NCBI GenBank assembly: GCA_002737665.1
Contig: NSIF01000002.1
Span: 5,698-69,697 of the forward strand
DNA length: 64,000 bases
Source: Flavobacteriales bacterium
GTDB taxonomy: Bacteria > Bacteroidota > Bacteroidia > Palsa-965
Direction: 5' to 3'
Shown: positions 9,566 to 19,513 of the stretch, in pieces
Layout of the letters: every line of letters starts with the position of its first letter
How positions within the stretch are numbered: position 1 is the stretch's first letter
The notes under the pieces: generated by a model
Told to the model about the DNA's origin: nothing
Databases searched by the model: none
What the model saw: the letters and a program-made list of their open reading frames with translations, nothing else
Position numbers and translations under genes: made by a program

Positions 9566-10519
9566 CTAAGAAACCCAACGTCTACTGGTCCACACTTGCT
9601 GTTCCTCCATATTCAAAAATGTCCAGGCAACAATCCTACTCACTTTTTGACCTTGCGACATTTCCACTAATTTTAAATCGGTGGCACCCAATTTTTTCAA
9701 AGTTGCAGTCAGCTCAATTAATGTTTCTTTTTTGGAAACTAGACTTGTAAACCAGAATATTCTATTTTTAAATTTCAAACTTTCCTGAATCATTCTACCA
9801 ATAAAGGCTTCTTCCCCACCTGGTGTCCAAAGCTCATTTTGTTGTCCTCCGAAATTTCGGACAAACTCACCTTTTGACTTACCAAGATTTTTAATTTTTC
9901 GTTCTGCCGCTTCGTTTGCCTCATAAGCAGAAGAATAAAATGGTGGATTACAAACAACAATATCAAATTCTTCATTTTCGTTCACCACATCCTTAAAAAT
10001 ATTGTAGCTAGACTTTTGCAAGCGGCACTCCACATTACCTTGAAGTAATTTATTAGACGCAACAATATTTTTAGCATTTTGAATACCCAAAACATCAGTA
10101 TCACTTCCAACAAAACTCCAACCGTACTCCTTATTACCAATAATTGGATAAACCAAATTTGCTCCAACACCTATATCTAACACTGAAATGGTTTTTCCAC
10201 AAGGAATTTTACCGGCATGACAAGAACCTAAAAGATCCGCAGCATAGTGAATATAATCAGCTCGGCCAGGAATAGGTGCACAAAGGTAATTTTCAGGAAT
10301 ATCCCAAATCTCAATACCATAGAAGTATTTCAATAAAGCACGATTAAGTGTCTTTACTGCATTGGGGTCAGCAAAATCAATCGTCTCCTTACTAAATTCA
10401 TTTACAAAAACGAAATTTTTTAATTCCGGAATTGATTTGATTAGCGATTTAAAATCATAAAGAAACCGATGCGGATTTCGAGGATGCAGGTTCTTTTTCT
10501 CAGCCAGATACTTATTCAT
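9566..10519 (-). CDS. rlmF: 23S rRNA (adenine1618-N6)-methyltransferase
   Basis: 317 aa. Carries LHPRNPH, VLDIGVGANLVYP (SAM site) and VVCNPPFYSS (NPPF catalytic motif). Confidence 0.8.
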   Translation of the reverse strand: MNKYLAEKKNLHPRNPHRFLYDFKSLIKSIPELKNFVFVNEFSKETIDFADPNAVKTLNRALLKYFYGIEIWDIPENYLCAPIPGRADYIHYAADLLGSCHAGKIPCGKTISVLDIGVGANLVYPIIGNKEYGWSFVGSDTDVLGIQNAKNIVASNKLLQGNVECRLQKSSYNIFKDVVNENEEFDIVVCNPPFYSSAYEANEAAERKIKNLGKSKGEFVRNFGGQQNELWTPGGEEAFIGRMIQESLKFKNRIFWFTSLVSKKETLIELTATLKKLGATDLKLVEMSQGQKVSRIVAWTFLNMEEQQVWTSRRWVS

Positions 10520-10624
10520 AAGGACATAAAATTAACCAAATATCCTCATACAAGTCCTAACTATCACTCCAATATCTTCCAACAAAACTGATAACAATTA
10601 GGAGTAATTCCTAACTTTACGCTC

Positions 10625-11971
10625 ATGGAAAATATCATCTATTTAGGAATTGGCCTTGCAATTGGCGTAATAGTAACATGGCTAATATCTAATGCGAAAA
10701 AATCAAATTCAGGTTTAGATCCAAGAGCTGCAGAACTCGAACTAGCCAATTCAGCTTTAAATGCTAAACTAGACGCTGCACAAGAAGAAAGAAAAAGAGT
10801 AGCCGACCAACTAGCTAGCGCAATAAAAGAAGGAACAGAAACAAGCAAAAATCTTGCAGCAAAAGAAGAAGAGTTGCGTGGACTTGAAAAACGATTACAA
10901 GAGAATAAAGTTGATCTAGAACAACTGCAAGTACAATTCAAAACGGGATTTGAAAATATTGCCCATAAAATTCTAGAAGATAATTCAAAGAAATTTTCAG
11001 AGCAAAATAAAACCCAAATTGACGATCTCTTAAAACCTTTGGGTGAAAAAATAAAAGACTTTGAGAAAAAAGTAAATGATGTATATGTTGAAGAAGGAAA
11101 AGAACGTGCAACACTAAAAGAGCAATTAACACAGCTACAGAGTTTAAATGTACAAATGAGTAAAGATGCGCAAAACCTTACCAACGCATTAAAGGGAGAA
11201 AATAAAACTGCTGGTAATTGGGGAGAAATGATTCTAGAAAGTATACTTGAAAAATCAGGTTTGCGTAAAGATGAACAATACCGTGCGCAAAAATCTTTTA
11301 CCAGTGAAGATGGGAAAATATACCAACCCGATTTTGTGGTTGATCTTCCAGGGAACAAAAGTATGGTCATCGATGCAAAAGTTTCTCTTGTAGGTTACGA
11401 ACGTTTTGCTTCGGCGGATAATAAAGAAGAACAAAATGCGGGTATCAAAGATCACATCACTTCTGTCAGGAAGCATGTCAAAGAATTAAGTGAAAAAAAA
11501 TATCAGAAAATATATCAACTCAACACGCTTGATTTTATTTTGCTATTTATGCCAATTGAACCTGCATTTTCGGCAGCACTTCAAAATGACAGAGAACTTT
11601 TTAATTTTGCATTTGATCGCAATATTATAATTGTCTCGCCAACTACTTTGCTCGCCACGCTACGCACGGTAGATAATTTCTGGAAACAGGAATTTCAAAA
11701 CAGAAACGTGTTGAAAATTGCTGAAGAAGCAGCATTGATGTATGATAAATTTGTTGGGTTCACGGAATCTTTACTGGAGCTAGGAAAGAAAATGGAGGAT
11801 AGCAAAAAATCTTACGACACCGCAATGAATCGTCTTTTTACTGGGTCAGGAAACGTGATTATAAAAATTGAAAGTCTTAAAAAGCTTGGACTTAAAGTTT
11901 CTAAATCAATTGATCAAAAGTTAATTGAAGGTGCTCAAGAAAGTGATTTTCCAAATCAGAATGAAAAATAA
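10625..11971 (+). CDS. rmuC: DNA recombination protein RmuC
   Basis: 448 aa with an N-terminal TM helix, a long Lys/Glu coiled coil and a C-terminal RmuC nuclease-like region (PDFVVDLPGNKSMVIDAKVSL ... LFMPIEPAF ... IIIVSPTTL). Confidence 0.8.
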   Translation: MENIIYLGIGLAIGVIVTWLISNAKKSNSGLDPRAAELELANSALNAKLDAAQEERKRVADQLASAIKEGTETSKNLAAKEEELRGLEKRLQENKVDLEQLQVQFKTGFENIAHKILEDNSKKFSEQNKTQIDDLLKPLGEKIKDFEKKVNDVYVEEGKERATLKEQLTQLQSLNVQMSKDAQNLTNALKGENKTAGNWGEMILESILEKSGLRKDEQYRAQKSFTSEDGKIYQPDFVVDLPGNKSMVIDAKVSLVGYERFASADNKEEQNAGIKDHITSVRKHVKELSEKKYQKIYQLNTLDFILLFMPIEPAFSAALQNDRELFNFAFDRNIIIVSPTTLLATLRTVDNFWKQEFQNRNVLKIAEEAALMYDKFVGFTESLLELGKKMEDSKKSYDTAMNRLFTGSGNVIIKIESLKKLGLKVSKSIDQKLIEGAQESDFPNQNEK

Positions 11972-13241
11972 ATTGAAATCGTATTTATTATTATTTTTCA
12001 TAATTATGTTTCTTAGCTGGAATTGTTCCTCTTTTTCAACTAGTGCCGTTACGCAACACAATTTTGCTGCCAAATATGAAAATGAGGAAAAAGAACTCAA
12101 TCCCAAATATGTACTTTATAATCTAACAGATAGTGTAACGCGGATCTATTTTTCGCTCGATGCAAGCGAATTACTATATGTTAATAATACAGAACGAGCA
12201 GAATTCACAGCAAACATACAAATGTCCTATTGCGTTCACCCACTCAACTTTCCAAAATTGGTAACTGACAGTGGCTGTGTAATTTTATCCGACAAAAAAA
12301 TTAATGGAAAATCAAAAATATTGATGTCAAGTACTGATATGGATATTTTAAAACCCGGCAACTATTTTATTGAAGTTACATTTAAAGACTTAAATAAAAT
12401 AAATAGTAGCTACGATTTATTGTACCTAGATCATGAAAGTCATAACTCCTGCAATAATTTTTTACTAAAACTTGACAGTACAGAAAACCCATTATTCAGA
12501 AATTATATCTACAAAAATGAAAAAATAAGAATTGAATATTATACTAAACAACATTCAAAATTATTTGTTAGGTATTATAAAAGCACCAATAAGTTAGCGC
12601 CTCCCCCCTATTCTTTAGAAAAACAAAATGATCCTATTGCTCCTGATAGTAGCTGGTGGATCAATTACACACCAAAAGAATCGATTGCACTTGAAAAAGA
12701 AGGTTGGTACACTTTTAATACTGATTCTTTTTCAAATAAAGGACTAACAGTTGCCAAATTTCAAGAAGGGTTTCCAAAAATTACAATACCCAAGCAGCTA
12801 CTCTATCCACTTAGGTACCTTACCATGCGTGATGAGTACAAATCGATGGATACTGCAGTCAATACAAAGAAAGCGGTCGATGACTTTTGGATCAATAATG
12901 CTGGAAGCCAAGAACACGCAAGAGAAGTAATTAGAATATTTTACAATCGTGTTGCCTCGGCCAATAGCTTATTTAGCACTCAAATAGAAGGATGGAAAAC
13001 AGACCGTGGATTAATTTATTTAGTATTTGGTCCGCCAGAAAATGTTTTTCGTACTGCTAACTATGAAACATGGATTTATGGAAGTACGGTAGAAAATAAT
13101 CCTGTAACTTTCATATTTAATCATAAAAGCGATTCTTTTACCGACCAAGAATTTGTATTAGAACGCAACACAGAATATAAATTAAATTGGATTACTGCAG
13201 TTGACTTTTGGCGACAGGGTAATGCCTATAACCTAAAATAA
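11961..13241 (+). CDS. GWxTD domain-containing lipoprotein
   Basis: GWKTDRGLIYLVFGPPENV matches the GWxTD signature. The start is taken at MKNKLKSYLLLFFIIMFLSWNCSS (lipoprotein-like signal) and overlaps the rmuC stop by 11 nt. Confidence 0.7.
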   Translation: MKNKLKSYLLLFFIIMFLSWNCSSFSTSAVTQHNFAAKYENEEKELNPKYVLYNLTDSVTRIYFSLDASELLYVNNTERAEFTANIQMSYCVHPLNFPKLVTDSGCVILSDKKINGKSKILMSSTDMDILKPGNYFIEVTFKDLNKINSSYDLLYLDHESHNSCNNFLLKLDSTENPLFRNYIYKNEKIRIEYYTKQHSKLFVRYYKSTNKLAPPPYSLEKQNDPIAPDSSWWINYTPKESIALEKEGWYTFNTDSFSNKGLTVAKFQEGFPKITIPKQLLYPLRYLTMRDEYKSMDTAVNTKKAVDDFWINNAGSQEHAREVIRIFYNRVASANSLFSTQIEGWKTDRGLIYLVFGPPENVFRTANYETWIYGSTVENNPVTFIFNHKSDSFTDQEFVLERNTEYKLNWITAVDFWRQGNAYNLK

Positions 13242-13281
13242 TTTGAAAAACGAAAATTTTAAAAAAGAGAATTCTGGAACA

Positions 13282-14016
13282 ATGATTTATGGCATTCACG
13301 CGGTTACAGAAGCGATTCGTGCAGGTAAAGAAATTGACAAACTTTTCTTACAAGAAGGATTAAAAAGTGATTTATCAGCTGAACTTCGACGCATCACAAA
13401 AGAAAATGACGTGTTGTACGTGATGGTTCCTGGTGCTAAATTAGACCGTATAGCAGCTGGAAAAAATCACCAAGGATGTGTAGCGTTTATTAGTTCGATA
13501 ACCTACTTTCAAATTGAAGAACTCCTTCCAACTATTTTTGAAGCAGGCAGAACTCCACTGCTTTTAATTCTAGATCGCATTACCGATGTAAGAAATTTTG
13601 GAGCCATAGCAAGAAGTGCTGAGTGTGCAGGAGTTGATGCCATTATCATTCCATCAAGGGGTGCTGCACAGGTTGGGGCCGACGCTATCAAAACTTCTGC
13701 CGGAGCACTGCACGCTATCCCTATTTGTCGAGAAAGTAATTTGAAGGATACAATTGACTTTCTGAAGGCATCAGGATTAAGAATTGCATCCTGCACAGAA
13801 AAAGGAAGTACGCCACATCACAAAACAGAGCTATCCGGACCACTTGCCATCGTTATGGGATCAGAAGAAGACGGAATTTCATCAGAATACCTTAAACGTT
13901 CCGATGTGCGTGTTCAAATTCCAATGCGCGGAAAAATTTCTTCACTGAATGTTTCAGTTGCTACTGGAATTATTTTATTTGAAGTACTCAGACAAAGGGA
14001 ACTCTCGGAAGATTAA
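13282..14016 (+). CDS. rlmB: 23S rRNA (guanosine2251-2'-O)-methyltransferase, SpoU/TrmH family
   Basis: Carries IYGIHAVTEAI, LDRITDVRNFGAIARSAECAG, the GSEEDGIS motif and SLNVSVATGIILFE. The ATG at 13282 is preferred; the track starts at the TTG at 13243. Confidence 0.8.
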   Translation: MIYGIHAVTEAIRAGKEIDKLFLQEGLKSDLSAELRRITKENDVLYVMVPGAKLDRIAAGKNHQGCVAFISSITYFQIEELLPTIFEAGRTPLLLILDRITDVRNFGAIARSAECAGVDAIIIPSRGAAQVGADAIKTSAGALHAIPICRESNLKDTIDFLKASGLRIASCTEKGSTPHHKTELSGPLAIVMGSEEDGISSEYLKRSDVRVQIPMRGKISSLNVSVATGIILFEVLRQRELSED

Positions 14017-14020
14017 AAAA

Positions 14021-15451
14021 ATGCTGAAATCATTATCCGATAAATCACAACTTCTAGTACTCGTATTAATTACGATGATAACACGCATTCCATTTATTTT
14101 CGATGGCTATGGAGTAGAAGAAGATTCCTGGGGTTTAGTTGTCAATGCTTACGAAATGCACAGCAATGGACATTATGTTGCATCACGCTTTCCTGGACAC
14201 CCTTTGCAAGAATATATATACTTTCTTATTTATGATGCGCCAGCTTGGTTATACAATTCACTCAGTTTAATAGCCAGTATTATAGCAGTGGCGTATTTTT
14301 TTAAAGCTTTAAAAAAAATACAATTACAAGGAGCATTTTATATTGCATTACTATTTTGTTTAACTCCTGTATTTTACATCGCAGGAACTTACACCATTGA
14401 TTTTGCTTGGACAATTGCCTTTGTAATGTGTTCATTCTATTTCCTAATTGATAAAAAATTTATAATGTGTGGAATAATGCTGGGGATGGCCATGGGATGC
14501 CGACTAACGATTGCCATTTTTCTACTTCCATGGTTAATTTTAATATGGAGCAACATTGATTGGAAAACATCAATAAAAGACATCGTGAAAATTATAATTC
14601 CAACCCTTCTTATAGGTTTTCTTTGGTTCATACCAGCTTACTTAAACTATGGATGGACTTTTTTCGATTACAGCGACCAATTCCCATATCCTCCAATAGC
14701 AAAAATAATTTACAAAGCAACAATTGGCGTTTATGGATTAATTGGGATACTACTAATAGTATGCTATAAATTATTAGGATTAAATAATTGGCGTAAGAAA
14801 CAATTAAACAGTGTAACCCTTTTTTCAAGTGAACGATTACTACTTGTATGTTACCTTGTAATTGTGCTACATGTTATTTCCTATTTAAAACTTCCTCAAA
14901 AGGCAGGATATTTAATTCCAACAATTCCATTTATGATGGTAACATTAGGACTAACACTAAAATTAAAACAATTACGGCTTGCTACTATCCTATTCCTAAC
15001 TTCCCCATTTTTGCTTAGTATTAATTTAACAGATAGACTACGAGGTTCAACCTATTCCTCAATGGCAATGAAATTCCAAATTTCAGGACAAGAATTTTTT
15101 GTTGACCCTTTAAGTGGTCCAATTTTTTCCGAACAATCAAAACGAATTAATAAAATGAATTATTGTAAAAGAGTAATGGATAAAATCAATAAAGAAGAAA
15201 AAAAATCTGTGTTGATTTGTGGTTGGTGGTATAATGAATTAGCAGTAGCTAATTTAAAAAGAAAACATAAAAGAATAATAAAAAATCACGCTACGAAATT
15301 GGAATTTTATTCCCCTTGCTTAAAAATGAACGATGCAAAACAAAATGGATTTGAAATTTTCTACCTTCCAGAACAAAATTTATTTAACGACCAAATGTTC
15401 AACCAAAATTGCACAGACAATATTGCTAAACCATTTGCACTAATTGAATAA
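14021..15451 (+). CDS. Polytopic membrane protein, GT-C (ArnT/PMT-like) glycosyltransferase candidate
   Basis: About 476 aa with more than 10 predicted TM helices and an early loop motif GYGVEEDSWG. The start is taken at MLKSLSDK; the track extension overlaps rlmB. Family assignment is tentative. Confidence 0.4.
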   Translation: MLKSLSDKSQLLVLVLITMITRIPFIFDGYGVEEDSWGLVVNAYEMHSNGHYVASRFPGHPLQEYIYFLIYDAPAWLYNSLSLIASIIAVAYFFKALKKIQLQGAFYIALLFCLTPVFYIAGTYTIDFAWTIAFVMCSFYFLIDKKFIMCGIMLGMAMGCRLTIAIFLLPWLILIWSNIDWKTSIKDIVKIIIPTLLIGFLWFIPAYLNYGWTFFDYSDQFPYPPIAKIIYKATIGVYGLIGILLIVCYKLLGLNNWRKKQLNSVTLFSSERLLLVCYLVIVLHVISYLKLPQKAGYLIPTIPFMMVTLGLTLKLKQLRLATILFLTSPFLLSINLTDRLRGSTYSSMAMKFQISGQEFFVDPLSGPIFSEQSKRINKMNYCKRVMDKINKEEKKSVLICGWWYNELAVANLKRKHKRIIKNHATKLEFYSPCLKMNDAKQNGFEIFYLPEQNLFNDQMFNQNCTDNIAKPFALIE

Positions 15452-15516
15452 ATAGTGATTGTCAATAGCGTCGAGAGTCTGAACTGTAGCAACCTAATTA
15501 AGTTAAAATTAAACAC

Positions 15517-16077
15517 ATGAAATATTTATCTTTTTCAACAGCTTTATTTTTACTGGTACTTTTCTCATTTTCATCCTGCAATGATTCCAGAGATATCAAC
15601 GACATCAATTGGATTATTGGGGAATGGAAAGGAACTGATGTAAATGATTTAGTTTTTCATGAAGTTTGGGAAAATGATGGGAAGAACAGTTACACAGGAT
15701 CTGGCGCTACAGTAACACCAGATGGAGACACTATTTTTAAAGAAACTTTAAAAATTAATTTAGTTGAAGGAACACCCTATTACGTTACAATTATACCCAA
15801 ACAAAAAGGACCTGTTTTTTTTAAAATGATTAAAGGAGATGCTCATGCAGCCGTTTTTACAAATTTAGATCACGATTTTCCTCAAAGTATTTCATATATA
15901 CTTCAAAACAATAACAAAATTGAAGTAAAGCTTGAAGGCCTTGTAAAAGGCAATCCTAAAACAGAACATTTAATTTATGAAAGGGTGCTCCCAACTGCTT
16001 TACCACCCAGTAGAATCGAAAATTCAAATCCTACTAAAGCAGATTCCTTACCAAAGGAAATAAAGATCAACTTATAA
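15517..16077 (+). CDS. Small secreted lipoprotein (DUF6265-like)
   Basis: Signal plus lipobox FSFSSC, then WIIGEWKG ... FTNLDHDFPQSISY, which resembles DUF6265. Assigned from memory of the family motif only. Confidence 0.4.
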   Translation: MKYLSFSTALFLLVLFSFSSCNDSRDINDINWIIGEWKGTDVNDLVFHEVWENDGKNSYTGSGATVTPDGDTIFKETLKINLVEGTPYYVTIIPKQKGPVFFKMIKGDAHAAVFTNLDHDFPQSISYILQNNNKIEVKLEGLVKGNPKTEHLIYERVLPTALPPSRIENSNPTKADSLPKEIKINL

Positions 16078-16342
16078 TATCATTTGAATAAATTGCCTGC
16101 CTACTGTATCTTTTATACGGTTGTTGCATTAAGAATTCAAAAATGGTGTTTAAGATTATTGAGGAATTAATTAGTCCATATTATCCTTGGGCATATGTTT
16201 TAGCATTAAGGGATTTAATGAAATAATGAAAGTAAAAAAACAGGTCACATTCTTTCTATTACAATAAACTAGCATCGAAATAGTTTTATTTAACTTAATT
16301 TTAGCCCAAATAGATAATGGTTTCTGCTAATACAGCTCTAAA

Positions 16343-16912
16343 TTGAACGAACACCACAAATCGGAAATCCAAATTCAGCTTGAACAGGAAACGGTAGAAG
16401 CGGCCAAATCCGACCCAGCTAAATTTGGTTTGCTTTACGAAAAATATTTTCGACAGGTTTTTGTATTCGTCTTTAGACGAATAGGAGATGAAGAACAAGC
16501 TGCAGACATTGTTTCCAATACATTTCTAAAAGCAATGCTTGCGCTTCCCAAATATATTTTCAAAGGTGTTCCTTTTTCTGCATGGCTTTTTCGCATTGCA
16601 TCGAACGAGGTAAATATGTATTTTAGAAAAACAAATAAAGAAAGAATAGTTAGTTTAGATAAATCCGATCTTAGCACTATAATTGTTGAAAGCGGAGAAA
16701 ACGATTCTACTGACGTGCAACAAAAATTACTAAAAGCACTTGCCACACTAAAACCTGAAGAAATGCAACTGATAGAATTACGGTTTTTTGAAAAAAATGC
16801 ATTCCTAGAAATTGGTGAAATTATGGGAATAACAGAAAACAATGCGAAAGTGCGTACTTATAGAATACTCGATAAACTCAAACAGTTCCTCACGAAAATA
16901 GGGGGAATATAA
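16343..16912 (+). CDS. ECF (sigma-70 group 4) RNA polymerase sigma factor
   Basis: Region 2 (YEKYFRQVFVFVFRRIGDEEQAADIVSNTFLKA, FSAWLFRIASNEV) and region 4 (EEMQLIELRFFEKNAFLEIGEIMGITENNAKVRTYRILDKL). There is no in-frame ATG near the 5' end, so a TTG start at 16343 is assumed. Confidence 0.8.
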   Translation: MNEHHKSEIQIQLEQETVEAAKSDPAKFGLLYEKYFRQVFVFVFRRIGDEEQAADIVSNTFLKAMLALPKYIFKGVPFSAWLFRIASNEVNMYFRKTNKERIVSLDKSDLSTIIVESGENDSTDVQQKLLKALATLKPEEMQLIELRFFEKNAFLEIGEIMGITENNAKVRTYRILDKLKQFLTKIGGI

Positions 16913-16914
16913 CC

Positions 16915-17175
16915 ATGAGCAAATTCAAATTCAATATCGACCCAAAAGATCCTCAAGAAGATCAAATAACACGCCATAAGAACTTTGGAAAAGTAATGCA
17001 AAATTACCAACGCATGACTAGTCCACTTTATAAAAAACCACTCTATCGGCATCGAAAATTATTTCTGCTTATAGTATTAATACTTCTCGTAGCATGGTTG
17101 GTTTCCGAATACGGAGAAGACAATGTAAAACAGCACATTATTCCTACTGATTCCATTCAGCGAACAAATAGCTAA
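16915..17175 (+). CDS. Putative single-pass anti-sigma factor
   Basis: 86 aa, starting 3 nt after the sigma stop. A basic N-terminal segment is followed by one TM helix (LFLLIVLILLVAWLV). Assigned by context only. Confidence 0.35.
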   Translation: MSKFKFNIDPKDPQEDQITRHKNFGKVMQNYQRMTSPLYKKPLYRHRKLFLLIVLILLVAWLVSEYGEDNVKQHIIPTDSIQRTNS

Positions 17176-17237
17176 CATCCTTTACAAATGGATTAGAATA
17201 ATTTATAGCTTTTTTGCTGATGCAGGAAAGGAGATTA

Positions 17238-17927
17238 TTATTCCACAAATTTATAACCTACACCACGAATGGAGAAGAAGTGGATGGGTGTCCTTACATT
17301 AATTTCAAAATATTTTCTAAAACTGAGAATGTAATTATCAATGGCCCGCGAAGTCGGAAAAGCATCATTTCCCCATAATTTCTCTAAAATTTCATCGCGT
17401 GAAACGACCTCACCTTTACGCTCGATTAGTAATTTTAATAATTCCAACTCCCTTTTGGAAAGAGAAATAGTACCATTTACACCAATCGCCACAAAAGTGA
17501 TAAAATTGATGTTGTTTTTTCCAAAAGAAAACTCATCTAACAAAACACTTTTTTCTTTTTTGGAAGATCGTCGTAACAAAATTTCTACTCTCAATAAAAA
17601 TTCCTCTAAATTGAATGGCTTAGTCATGTAATCATCGCCACCAATTCGCAAGCCCCTAATTTTGTCTTCCCCTGTTGACTTTGCTGTAAGAAATAATACC
17701 GGAATGTCTTTGTCTTTTTTACGAATCAATTCGCAGACCATGAAACCATCTAAAAGAGGTAGCATAACATCTAAAATAATTAAATCAAATCCTCCCGATT
17801 CAAAAATCCGAACTGCCGATGCTCCATCAATTGCACAAATAACTTCATACCCTTCTAATTGTAAGTTAAGTCGGATTGTTTTCAATAAATTTTCTTCATC
17901 CTCAACTAAAAGAATCCTGCTATTCAT
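17238..17927 (-). CDS. OmpR-family response regulator (REC + winged-helix), no adjacent kinase
   Basis: 229 aa. Carries ILLVEDEENL, LIILDVMLPLLDG, LTAK and a C-terminal RGVGYKF winged-helix motif. Confidence 0.85.
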   Translation of the reverse strand: MNSRILLVEDEENLLKTIRLNLQLEGYEVICAIDGASAVRIFESGGFDLIILDVMLPLLDGFMVCELIRKKDKDIPVLFLTAKSTGEDKIRGLRIGGDDYMTKPFNLEEFLLRVEILLRRSSKKEKSVLLDEFSFGKNNINFITFVAIGVNGTISLSKRELELLKLLIERKGEVVSRDEILEKLWGNDAFPTSRAIDNYILSFRKYFEINVRTPIHFFSIRGVGYKFVE

Positions 17928-18138
17928 ATTTCAAAATTGCAAATACATTATTAAAAAAACAAAAATAAAATATTTAATCCAATTCAACTGCGGTACTTAG
18001 GCAAATACTTGATTTGCAGTACAATGAAGAAGTTTGATGTTAAATTTTCTAAAAAACTTGATTTTAAATATGTCCTATAAAAATAGAATTTAAAGAAATC
18101 ATTTGTTAATTTTACCGAAAGCAATAACTCTAATTAAG

Positions 18139-19395
18139 ATGAAACTAAAATTACTATTTTCATTTACTATTTTAACTTTTGTGTTTACTACTGTAAATGC
18201 ACAAAACCTAATTCGTTGTGCGAGTACTGAATACCAACAACAACAAGTTAATCTCAACCCAGGACTTCAACAAATTTTTGATCAAGAAGATCTAACTACT
18301 GCGGCCTTTGTTGCCAATCACCAGGATGGATTTACACCACAAGTAATTTGCACCATTCCCGTAGTTTTTCATGTTCTTTATTCATCGTCTGCACAAAATA
18401 TTTCTAACACTCGTTTGACAGACCAGATTGCCGTTCTCAATAAAGATTTTCGTAAACTAAACACGGATGCAAACCTTATTCCGAGTGTTTGGCAATCAAT
18501 TGCTGCAGATTGTGAGATCCAATTTTGTCTTGCACAAAGAGATCCGAACGGTATTGCAACTACTGGAATTGAACGCATTCAAACCAGCACAACAGCATGG
18601 GGCTTAAACAGCGATATGAAATTTGCATCCTCTGGTGGGGCAAATGCATGGAATCGATCAAAATACCTTAATATTTGGGTCTGTAATCTTTCAGGAGGAA
18701 TTTTGGGCTTTGCTATGTCACCCGGTGGACCGGCAAGTACAGATGGTGTAGTAATAAGTTATCAATATGTGGGAGTAGTTGGTGCCAGTGCGCCATTCAA
18801 CAAAGGAAGGACTGCAACCCATGAAATTGGACATTGGCTAAATATGGATCACATTTGGGGCGACGATGGTAATGCTTGCACTGGATCAGATTTTGTGAAT
18901 GATACGCCTAACCAAGCAGGTGAAAATTATGGTTGTCCATCATTCCCACATACAGATAATTGCACTCCTGCTGCTCCTGGTGTTATGACAATGAATTATA
19001 TGGATTACACTGATGATGCATGTATGTATATGTTTACAAGTGGCCAAAAAACAAGGATGTGGGCTACTTTAAATGGAACACGCAGTTCAATTAAAACCTC
19101 TAATGGTTGCACTCCTTCTACTGTTGGAATTTCAGAAGAACTAATGCAAAATATGTTCAGCATTAATCCTACGCCTACAGATGGGGCCTTCACACTAAAT
19201 TTTGGAAGTGGAAGTACTGCTAATTTTGATGTTTCTATTTATAATATTTTAGGTGAAGTAATATTCCAACAACATTATAGTGCGTTGAATGAGAATGAAT
19301 TACATCTAAATTTAGATGGAAATACAGCGGGTATTTATCTAATTGAAGTACGAACTACAAATGGACGAACAGTAAAGAAAATTATTTTAAATTAA
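18139..19395 (+). CDS. Secreted M43 (pappalysin/ulilysin-like) zinc metalloprotease with T9SS C-terminal sorting domain
   Basis: Signal peptide MKLKLLFSFTILTFVFTTVNAQ, zinc site HEIGHWLNMDHIWGD, Met-turn region NYMDYTDD, and a C-terminal ~80 aa ending GIYLIEVRTTNGRTVKKIILN (T9SS CTD type A). Confidence 0.75.
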   Translation: MKLKLLFSFTILTFVFTTVNAQNLIRCASTEYQQQQVNLNPGLQQIFDQEDLTTAAFVANHQDGFTPQVICTIPVVFHVLYSSSAQNISNTRLTDQIAVLNKDFRKLNTDANLIPSVWQSIAADCEIQFCLAQRDPNGIATTGIERIQTSTTAWGLNSDMKFASSGGANAWNRSKYLNIWVCNLSGGILGFAMSPGGPASTDGVVISYQYVGVVGASAPFNKGRTATHEIGHWLNMDHIWGDDGNACTGSDFVNDTPNQAGENYGCPSFPHTDNCTPAAPGVMTMNYMDYTDDACMYMFTSGQKTRMWATLNGTRSSIKTSNGCTPSTVGISEELMQNMFSINPTPTDGAFTLNFGSGSTANFDVSIYNILGEVIFQQHYSALNENELHLNLDGNTAGIYLIEVRTTNGRTVKKIILN

Positions 19396-19418
19396 AGTAA
19401 ATATCACATTTATTGAGA

Positions 19419-19448
19419 GCAGAAATCGGTAACGGTTTCTGCTTTTTT
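19419..19448 (+). terminator. Rho-independent terminator after the M43 protease gene
   Basis: Stem gcagaaatcg / cggtttctgc (one T-G wobble), loop gtaa, then TTTTTT. Confidence 0.7.
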
Positions 19449-19483
19449 CATGAATTAAATAATGAAAAGACTAGGGCAATAAG

Positions 19484-19491
19484 TAACTTTG
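19484..19491 (+). promoter_or_regulatory. Candidate -7 box (TAACTTTG) for the radical SAM mqn gene
   Basis: Exact TAnnTTTG match, 22 nt upstream of the ATG at 19514. Confidence 0.4.
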
Positions 19492-19513
19492 TCCTTTAAT
19501 TTATTTACAATAA

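Noticed and set aside
10639-11370. 243-aa ORF antisense to rmuC (Ser/Phe/Cys-rich, low complexity)
   Set aside because: It is the mirror image of the Lys/Glu-rich coiled-coil codons (GAA/AAA read backwards give TTC/TTT/TCT). It has no motif, no promoter box and lies entirely within a confidently assigned gene. This is a typical antisense artefact.
16143-16226. 27-aa small ORF (MVFKIIEELISPYYPWAYVLALRDLMK) in the spacer upstream of the ECF sigma gene, flanked by a repeated gcattaag motif
   Set aside because: It has no promoter box or conservation evidence available, and ORFs this short arise readily by chance. It would only be worth revisiting if ribosome profiling or conservation supports it.
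16435-18000. Several 95-135-aa ORFs antisense to the ECF sigma factor and response regulator genes (16435-16842, 17341-17631, 17662-18000)
   Set aside because: They are fully nested opposite strongly supported CDSs and have no recognisable motifs. AT-rich genomes commonly leave long antisense frames open.
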